A DNA stretch of 64,000 nt. It comes from Macrostomum lignano (lineage: Eukaryota). The notes below the pieces were generated by a model that saw nothing but the letters and a program-made list of their open reading frames with translations, did no database searches and had not been told where the DNA came from. The translations under genes and the position numbers were made by a program. Where the stretch lies: contig NIVC01001831.1 of NCBI GenBank assembly GCA_002269645.1, positions 1 through 64,000 on the forward strand, in the 5' to 3' direction. Shown here piece by piece: positions 10,668 through 20,200 of the stretch. Numbering within the stretch: position 1 is the first letter of the stretch; each line of letters opens with the position of its first letter.

Positions 10668-11531
10668 ATGGAAGCGATTGCTGAAAGACTAAATAATATT
10701 GTTTCACACTCTAAGGAGAGCATTCCTATTACAATAACTGGGCGAATTAATGACTCAAACGGGATGTTTGTTGAAAAATTAGAGCAGGCGATTCGCCTGG
10801 ATCCAGGCGCTAATTACCATGTCTATCTTAACGACTTCACTGGTTGGTCAAACGTTCCCAATGTGATGGCAGCAAATAATAAGTTTTATTACAAATGGAA
10901 AGGTGCAGCAGCAGACCCTGTGGTATTCCATGTGAGCACGCAAAGTGTGGATACCTACAATAACTTTCTAGAAAATGTCTTTACTAAGAGAGGCCATTTT
11001 GAGACACCTGATGCGAGTAAGCCAGAGAAGAAACTGTTCCCTGTCAAACTAACCTATGATCTCACTGTAATGAGAGTGGTCATGCAAGTTCACAAAGATG
11101 CGGAGGTTGAGTTTAAAGATGACACTTGGTATAGGGAACTGGGATTCGAGAAGAAAGTTTATAAGGCAGAATCCGCGGCGCGGACCGCCACTCAAGCATT
11201 GGGGACCGTTAGCATGGCCCGGGAAAGTGTAAGCGGTTTGTTCTTAGCACCCAATATTGCAGACATTGTAAAGGGTTTGAATATTCTAATCAGAAGCAAT
11301 CTCAGTCTTGATTGGGTATTTAAGGGAAAGCGAACGAATATTTTGTACAACATCTCCAACTCTGTTGCTGGAGGACAGATGGTGGTAGAGAAACCAAATC
11401 CAGTGAAAAGAGTTGTATTGAGTAATAAGGAGATTCACGAGATTGTGCTACAGTTTGAGACTGAAGATGGGATGGGTGTTGATTTCAACGGTGAAGAGTT
11501 TGTATTGACGTTGATCATTGAGAGAATGTGA
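10668..11531 (+). CDS. Minor capsid protein (single jelly-roll, penton-like), intact
   Basis: C-terminal NIADIVKGLNILIRSNLS..NILYNISNSVAGGQMVVEKP..IHEIVLQFETEDGMGVDFNGEEFVLTLIIER fits the Polinton penton pattern; A-run ATG at 10668. Confidence 0.8.
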   Translation: MEAIAERLNNIVSHSKESIPITITGRINDSNGMFVEKLEQAIRLDPGANYHVYLNDFTGWSNVPNVMAANNKFYYKWKGAAADPVVFHVSTQSVDTYNNFLENVFTKRGHFETPDASKPEKKLFPVKLTYDLTVMRVVMQVHKDAEVEFKDDTWYRELGFEKKVYKAESAARTATQALGTVSMARESVSGLFLAPNIADIVKGLNILIRSNLSLDWVFKGKRTNILYNISNSVAGGQMVVEKPNPVKRVVLSNKEIHEIVLQFETEDGMGVDFNGEEFVLTLIIERM

Positions 11532-11754
11532 GAAAATGCGTTCCCCTTTTAAGTATGCTTGCCGAGAATAGAGTGGTATGAAAAAATGCGCGCATGTGTA
11601 CTCAAAATCTCTTACCCCATTCTGGTAGTATGAGGGCGTGGGCCTCGCGTGCGTGGGAGAGAGGGGAGTGTATGTGTGTGGGCGCAGCACGCGTGGGGGA
11701 GAGAGATTTTCACTTTAACTGAGCCCAGCCGAGGAAGAATTCCGTCTCGAGGGA

Positions 11755-11913
11755 AGGCCAGAATGCAAAGGATTTCGGCCTCGCGCGAGGCCAAAATGAA
11801 AACGATTTCGGCCTCGGGCGAGGCCAGAATGCAAACGATTTTGGCCTCGGGCGAGGCCAAAATGAAAAGGATTTTGGCCTCGGGCGAGGCCAGAATGAAA
11901 ACGATTTTGGCCT
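11755..11913. repeat. 5 x 33-bp palindromic subterminal tandem repeat
   Basis: AGGCCA at 11755, 11788, 11821, 11854 and 11887; unit AGGCCARAATGMAAASGATTTYGGCCTCGGGCG. Confidence 0.95.
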
Positions 11914-11922
11914 TTCAGTTTT

Positions 11923-12165
11923 TTAACGCAATTGTCTAATGATTTCTGCAAAGTTATAGTAGCTGTCATAATCTTTTACATAGGTTACTCCATACTTATG
12001 AAACCAGTGTCTTTGGAGAGCTAGATTAATATTAGGGACATTGATATCAACGTCGGGCCAATATTTTCTCATGTACTCGCTGCATTCTAGTTTGCATCGG
12101 TACTTGGATTTGTACAATGGATGAGGCTGAGTATAATAGGAACCTGGAGAGACAACTGGAAACAT
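11923..12165 (-). CDS. 80-aa Tyr-rich subterminal Polinton ORF of unknown function
   Basis: Open frame with the same AATAAAAAATG start context as other element genes. Confidence 0.45.
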   Translation of the reverse strand: MFPVVSPGSYYTQPHPLYKSKYRCKLECSEYMRKYWPDVDINVPNINLALQRHWFHKYGVTYVKDYDSYYNFAEIIRQLR

Positions 12166-12366
12166 TTTTTATTGAGAATTTAATTTTTTCAAAGGGTAAG
12201 GACCCTGGGTTAGGGGATTTAAAGTTTTAGGGATGTGGTAGCACGTTGCAAATTGAATGTGGGGAGAAGAATACAGATTATTTTCTGATTGTTTCTGGGT
12301 GGATGTTAGTGGATTATGTCAGTGTCAGTGAGTATAACAGGTGTTAGTGGACACTTGTTATGCTCT

Positions 12367-12562
12367 GATTCTGTCAGGGATAATATGGATGGATTTAATA
12401 CGATTATGTTCGAAGTTTTCGGAGCAAGTGCGACCCCTCCCCTTTTTCATGATTCTGTCGGGGATAATATGGATGGATTTAATGGGATTATAGAGGAGGT
12501 TTTGTGAGCGAGTGCGACCCCCCTTTTTTTCTGATTCTGTCAGGGATAATATGGATGGATTT
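12367..12562. repeat. 3 x ~83-bp repeat in the putative right TIR
   Basis: GATTCTGTCRGGGATAATATGGATGGATTT at 12367, 12451 and 12533. Confidence 0.9.
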
Positions 12563-14231
12563 AGGTGGATTATGGAGGAGGTGAAAAATTTTGTCCCAGA
12601 AGCCCCCTCATGCCTTCTACTTTGTCGTACTGCATGTTTTTATTAGTTCAAATACAATACTCTATAGATCTATGAACTCCTTGGATAAATGTATAGTGGG
12701 ATGTTCACATGGCTGTCATGTCAAGAGCAATGATCGATAGCATAGAAATGTACTTTGCATATACAAAGCACACATGCACGGTATGCGAAATACATGTACA
12801 TGTACATGCAGCTACAGGAAATCTTGCATCTATGGTCGGCATCCTTTTTCACACCAAAATTAGTGTTTTGATTATCACACGCTCATTCGAGCGCCGCGCG
12901 TGCTAAGCCAACAAAAATTGACCCTAGCACATGTACATTAATTATACCGTACGCGTACATGTTCATGCAATCATGCATATATGTTGCATATATGTATACC
13001 ATCATCATGTGTACATGCAGGACAATTCTCAAAAAAATGATGAAATTGAAATTTGAACATGTTGCAGACCGAATAAAACTAAGTCTTGGACTAGGACCAT
13101 AGTGCTTGTATCTGCGACCTCTCGGTTTCTACCTACTACATGTATTTATGCTTCTTCACATGAGAGTGTACTATACATGTACCGCGCAAAATCGCAAGCC
13201 AAAGGGAATCTGACAAAAATAGATTTCCACTGAATGAAAACCCCGGTGCATATCGCCAGTAAAGTGATGTGTTTGGGAGTCGTTTTTAAATCGTTGGTTC
13301 GTTACTCGTATATTTGTTGAAATAAAGCAAGAGCTCGTCAATTGTTTCGCGCTTGTTCCTATCTATCTTGCCGCTCGTACGCAGTTTATCAATTGAGGGC
13401 CTGTAAGCCAAGCGTTTACCCATAAACTAATACGTGGCTGCTCGCAGCCACACATCATAAAGGCTACTAAAAAGCTAAAAAATTTTATCGGAGACTCTGG
13501 GTAAATGTTTGTTTAATACTGAATTAAAACCAACTAATATGTACGGATGTGCGCGAAGGTTCAGCCATGAAGCAAAGCTACAAATAATTCTTACTGCTTG
13601 GTCAGACACAGGAATAAATATCGAGCTTATTTAAAAATAAACAGGTGAATACCAATGCTGACAAGTTTCAAAAAATACGAAATTACTAAAGTTTATGTTA
13701 TACTGTCTTACAATGATTTTTAAATTCACCGAATTTTTTTATAATTTATCGATGAAAACATTTTTGAAAAGATCAGCGGATCTTTACAGTGATCGTGCGA
13801 GTTTGTTAGGTATTAAACTTGATCTAAAGTTTATTCAGTTTTATTAATTTCTTCTGCACTTTGCTAGTCGTCTTTTTGTAGACCTAGTCGAAGCAAGTAA
13901 ATAGTTTTCTGCCTTTAAACTTAACAAAAAACATTTGAGAAACAATTTGAAACTCGAGCCATCAGGGTTTATATTATTATATACTTTGAAGTGCATTTTG
14001 TCGCAGATTAAAAAACGATTTATTGATTTTAAGTCATAAAAACACTTTTTTAACTGTAAGTCCATTGATTGTTGCATAGCAGTCACCCAAAACAGGAAAT
14101 TATAAATTGACATTGGCATTAGGCATTTGGCACTAACTTGCTTGGTGCTAATTCTAAACTTCATTACAAGGCTAAAGCCAAGGAAGCATACCGTCCCATT
14201 TCTCTAACAACTAAATATCACAATAACTGCT

Positions 14232-17200
14232 ATGGCATCAAAGGATGATGAATATGACTACTTGTTTAAAGGTAGGTCTTGTCTTGTTGAATTAAATATG
14301 AAACTTATATTTTTAAATATTGATTATTATAAAATGTAAAATAATAATTGTAGCAAAATTAATTCTAAATCCCAAACTGTGATTTTTAAGCATTTGTTCA
14401 TACTTTAACTCTATAGGCATATGGTTATTTTGTTTAGATAATTATTAGCCTAAGTAAACTTTTTTTATTTTCTAATGTATTAAAAACTGCATATTTTTAA
14501 CTTACTGAATTATAATCCCTAGAACTATTTTTGTAAAAAAAAATTTAATTTAAAGTCATACTCAAACAAAAATAGTATAAATTTATAATATATTAAGCTT
14601 TGAGGCAAGCATTGATTTTGTTAGCTAGGGTGCTATGCAAAAAAGCAATAAGGCTACTAAAATATATATCTAAAGCATATATTAGTAAATTCTTGCCTCT
14701 GTTTTTTCTTTGTTCTTTGAGTTCTTTGAAACTTCTCTCTTCTTTTCTTTTTTTCTCTTTTCTCTTTACTCTTTTTTTATCTCTTCCTTTTTTCTTTTTT
14801 TCTATTGCTTTCTCATTTTGGGTCTTTTTTCTCTTCTCTATTCTCATCTTTCCTCTGCTTCTTTCTCTTTCCTTTTCTTTTTTATCTTATATCTTATCTG
14901 CTTATTATTGTCTTTGCTCTCTTATCTCTCCTCTCTTTTCTATCATCTTTATTCTTTTATCTGTTCTCTAATTCTTTATTATAGAATCTTCTCTTTCTCT
15001 TTTTTGATTCTTCTTTCTTTTCTCTTCTTTTCTTTTCTTTTCCCTCTCCTTTTCCTCTCTCCTCTCTATCTCTATTTTCTCTCTTTTCTCTTCTATCTAC
15101 CATTATCTCTCATTTCTAATTTTTCATCTTTCTTTTTATCTCTTATCTCTATTTGCTCTTTTCTTTCTTCTGTTCTCCCCTTTGCTCTCTTCTTTCCTGT
15201 CTTTTCTCTTTTCTTTTCTCTACTTGCTTATCTCCACTCTCTTATCTCTATTCTTTCCCCTTTCCTAGCCTATCTATGCTCTTTCATCTTTAATCTCTTA
15301 TTTCTCTCTACTTATTTTCCCCTTTTCTCTTTTCTCTTCTCTCTTCTCTCCTTTCTTATCTACTTTCTATTCTCTTACCTCTACTCTCTTCTCTTGGTTT
15401 TCTTGCCCTTATTTTTTTCTCTTTCTTTTGTTTTCTTCTCTTCCCTTTCCACTAAATTCTCCTTACCCTCTTCTCTGCCCTCTTTTTCCTTACCACCTCT
15501 GCTCTCTTCTTAAATCTTTTTCCTTATCTCTCACCTCTCCTCTTATCTAATTGTCTATTCTTTCTCCTTTCTACTCTCATCTGGTCTATAGCCATGAACT
15601 AGATTCTTTATCTGGCCTTTTAGGTAAAAGTCTACTAATCTTTGCTTTGAAAGCCCATTTGTAAGATATAGTACTCTCATGGTTATTCTCATGCATCTCC
15701 ATCTTTTGTATCTCCATCTTTACTACAGATTGCATTAGTCTAATAACCAAAGAATTGCACATTTCTTAGAAGGCCAATTTAATTTTAAAGTACCTCAAGT
15801 AAAAATTAATGTTAAAACCATGGTGTGAATAACTTAGTAAGATTTCATTGTATTGTATTGCATTGCTTTTTTTATAAATCCTTTGCTTTTACAAACCATG
15901 CTACATTGCCAACTTGATTTGCTATCTACTGTTAAACTACTACAGAAATGCATATACAGATGACGATTGTTAGAATTTCTCACTAAACTGTCATAGCTAA
16001 ACATAACCTATCTATGGGGGTGTAGAGAAGGCCTTGAAAAAGTCATTTAAAACACTGTATATTTGCTATATACACTAAGCCCTATTGCTTAACCCTTGGT
16101 CTAAGGAATGATTAAGTGAATAGCACAAACAATAGAAAAAGCAAACAAACTTTATATGCTTATAGTTTCTGTTCTAATTGCATTTCCCAGTTTAAACTTG
16201 ACATTTAGATAGAAAATAAGTTAATGAAAATCTGTGTCAAGTTTGAAATCAATCACTTCAAGTGGAGCAAACTTATAGTAGCCAAAAGTCATGTCAGTTT
16301 TTAAAACCATTCACTTTTTGGGCCAGATCAAGAAAGAGAAGCAGGTGAAAGTTGGGGTGGCTATCTCGCTAACAAAAAAGCCTACCTTTATAAGTGTATA
16401 GCACCATTTATGATTATCCTTTTAAGATGTAGTAGAAGATTGTTTATGTCAAATTTGAAAAATATTAATAAAAGTGGAACAGTAAAGGATTTAGTGAAAA
16501 AATTATACATTTTGAGCAGTTTTTTGCACTTTTAGGTAGGAAAATACTTGGATTTAGGAAACTTTAAGGTAGCCTAAGACATTCTCCATAGTGAGTTTAG
16601 GGTGGGTGCAAATTTTGGTATAATTTTGTCATAACCATGATTTTTAATTATACCAAAGTCTTGAAAAAGGGTTATATGCCAGATAATTGCAGTGTACACT
16701 TAGGTTTTATTTATACTAGTGCATCAAGCCCCCATGAGGACATTCAAATTAAAGATTAAAACATTAAAAGCATGAAAAAAAATTGTTTTTTTGAATATTT
16801 GACCCATTTCCAAATCAATTTTTTCATTGTTCAAAATTTTATATACACTTAGCAATATCAAAAACTTGCTACTCTATGCATTAGTGATCAATTTCTCAAG
16901 AAAAAATATGCAAAAAAGCTAATTGGGTAGCTTTAATCCCTCACTATTCCCCCTCATTTCATTCTTCAACTCAAGCTTGCCAACTCAAGTGTAAATTGTA
17001 TATACTAGTTTGCTAAATAAATCTAAATTAATTGGGTCCATTAGCTACTGCCCCAGCCTCCCAAGCAGTTTAGAGGGTTGATAAATTTTAGGCCAGCTTT
17101 ATCCCTCCCTGCACCCACTCTTTTATCAATCATCTATCATTAGACTAGTTTTTAAATGATAATAAAGTTCAATCAACACTACAAATTGCAAGCCTGCTGC

Positions 17201-20200
17201 CCAAAGGGTCATAAAACTCTTTAACTTTATTGTAAATGTACATTTTAAACTGTCCATTGGCCAAGAAAAGGCCTAAATTGTTGAACTAAACAATTAGATA
17301 ATAAAATGGAGCACCCATTAAAAGCAATTAAAAATAATTTTTCAACAATTGAATAATTGACCCCCTTCCCATTCAATTTGTTTATAAAAAAGTTTTGCAT
17401 AAGTGCCAAAAAATTACATTTTAAAGCTAATTCAAAAATAAAGCTTAAAATTTTTAGATGTTATATGTATTTCAAGTTTTGCATATGATTACAAATTTTG
17501 GAATATTATTATATTAAGTATATACATGCGCAACCTCCAAAATTCAGTCAGCCATGCAACTTAGTTTTAACAAAAATGCGATGTAGTTTTTGGCCAAAAA
17601 TGTAACTTGCATATAAAAAAACCATAAAGCTAAATTAATGCAACTTTGGGTAAATGGCAGGAGTAACCGACTGTCTTATCAAGCCAAAATGCCTCGTCAG
17701 CTACTTAGTACTACTAAGGTGTTTTCTTGGTGGGCATTTTTGCAACTTCCTTGGTTGGCCGCCAAATCAGTTGGCTGGATCGGCTGACTTGGCCGACTGT
17801 TATGCATGTATGATTAAGTATGTCAATTTTTGGTGTGCACTGGTATACAAAGGCTTTGGGATTTGGGATATTCTTATAATGATGACACAGATATTTTAAT
17901 ACATTTTTATTTAATAATATAATAGTCAATAATGTGTTCTATATAATATAGTATGAGGGATGTTCCAAAAGTTCTGAGACTTTTTGCCCTAGTGCATCAA
18001 CACAATCATTCAGAGTCATCAAAACTGTCACACTTCTCAATGTAGTCCCCCTTCAGGTTGACGCACTTCAAGCGCTATAGGAGCTTGCAAAGGCCATCAT
18101 CAAAGAAGGTTCTTGGTGTCACCTGTTTAGTGCACGCTTCACGTCAGTCAGGCTGGTAAAATGGTGACCACGAAGCAATTTTTCAGGGGTCCAAAAAGGT
18201 GATAGTCGCTGGGGGGGCCAAATCTGGTGAATATGCTGGGTGTGGAAGCAGTTCCCATCACAGATTGCCAATTGTTTTCACCGTGTGCTTGGCAGTGTAA
18301 GGCTTGGCATTGTTGTGCTGGAGAAGTGGTCAAGCATGCAGCTTACCAGGCTGTTTCTCAGCAAGTTTTTGACAAACTGGCCCACTGAGCAGGTCAGCAT
18401 AAGGCACAAATTTCAAAGCAAAGGCACAAAGTGCCAGGTTTCTATGGCCAAAAGTCTCAGAACTTTTGGAACACCCCTTGTAAATAGTGCACATTTAACT
18501 TAGTTTTGACTGCACCAGTGCACATTTAACTTAGTTTTGACTGCACCAGTGTACATTTAACTTAGTTTTGACTGTACCAGTGCACATTTAACTTAGTTTT
18601 GCAACTTATCCAAAAAAGTAAAAAAATATAAAAAATTTCAAAGTTTTATTTTTCTGAAAATAAACCTTAAGTTTACCACAGTTTATACTGGTTAGATTAT
18701 CTAGGTTGGCTGACAATTGTGTATATATGTTGACTGCACATTATAAACTTAAATTAATTATTATAGGGCTTAAATTTCACCATTAAGCCACCAAGTTGTT
18801 ACAGGCATTTTTCCTGTACACTAGGAAATCTCATAAACTGCCACCAAAGTTGTACAGGGCTTTCCTTCTGTCTCTTGAATGCTCTTTTGCTGCCACCAAG
18901 ACTATTCTATTGTGAATTTATTTTCCTAGAATAAGTCTGAGAAAAGTTCTGAGTATTTGTCTGAGTATTATTTATCTAAGCATAGGTCTGAGTATTAGTC
19001 TGAGAAATTATTCTGAGTATTGATCTGAGTATTAGTTAGACTCTCACCAGTGGCATTTTACTGTTATTCTGGTAGCATTCTTAATGTTATTCTGGTAGCA
19101 TTCTTAATGTTATTCTGGTAGCATTCCAATATTATTCTGGCCTGAATGGCATATAGTCTACTAGTTTATGTACTGCATGTATTTCCAGTCCTAAGTGTTT
19201 CCGAGATCAGAGGGTCACAGCCTCCAGTATTCTATGTGTACTGTTGGGATCTACTTTGTATTCTTCTACTTCTCAGTAGTATATATGGTATGCGCTTCCT
19301 TCTACTTCACTTCTCTTAGTAAATTGAATTAACACGGAAAACAGTCTTCAAATATATTTACTTGGAACTCTTCTTTCTTAGTCACTGTTAACTTTTCTCC
19401 TAAGGAACTGCAGTGAGCGCAAGTTGGTCTTTCCTCTGCTGAATTTGCGTCATCTAAATATACTAAATTTATACTAAAGTTTCAGGTCATTTATAACAAA
19501 AAAAATAAATCGCAAAAATATTTTGAGAAATACAAGTATTAAAACAAATTGTTTTCCTAGAAACACATGGATTTTAAAATGGCATAGAAAATTAGACTTT
19601 CGGGTACAAATAAGGGATAAAAAGAGGCCTTTCACATAATTACTTATTTTGTACCATTGGAATAAAAATATATATTTATGAATTTAAATATAAAATTTAA
19701 AATTGGTTAGATAATTTGTCCCTGGCCCAAGCTTTTTTGTCTAGGTCATTTTGCCTTGGATTTGACTTGCTAATAAGATACTGATTGAAGTTGAGTTAAA
19801 ATGAACTCTTGATTTTTTATAACTATTGAACTTAACAGGTCTATAATATTTAGCAGATATCCCTATTACTAATAGCTATGAATTAAAATTGGTACTTTAA
19901 AGTCTTACTAATTAAAAAATTTGTCTTAGTAAATCCGAATGTCTTGACAAAATTTCTCTTATGGTTAAAATGATATTGTCTATCTATTGACTTTCTGACT
20001 AAATTATAGAAACTGGTTATACACATTCACATTTTGCTGCAAATCTTGACAAAAGTGTTGCACTTGGAAAGATCACAGCGCACGCAGTCACAGGCACTCC
20101 AACTTGCACCTCCCTGCAGTGGTGCTGATTGGCGACTCAGGCGTTGGCAAGTCCAACCTGCTGAGTAGATTCACTCGCAACGAGTTCAACCTGGAGTCCA

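Larger units (their letters stand above)
1..12621. mobile_element. Polinton/Maverick (adintovirus-type) endogenous DNA virus, right portion; left end and integrase lie outside the window
   Basis: Intronless AT-rich gene cluster with pPolB, adenain-type protease, A32-like ATPase and capsid-like ORFs. Subterminal repeats at 11755-12562. Candidate terminus ...CCTTCTACT at 12621 (reverse complement AGTAG..., the usual Polinton end type). Confidence 0.93.

Noticed and set aside
1-12621. Retroviral-type integrase expected for a Polinton
   Set aside because: No DDE/rve motifs found in any ORF here; probably left of the window, so its absence is not interpretable.
14600-15513. Phe/Leu/Ser-rich membrane-like ORFs
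   Set aside because: Artefact of the T/C tract inside Rab11 intron 1.
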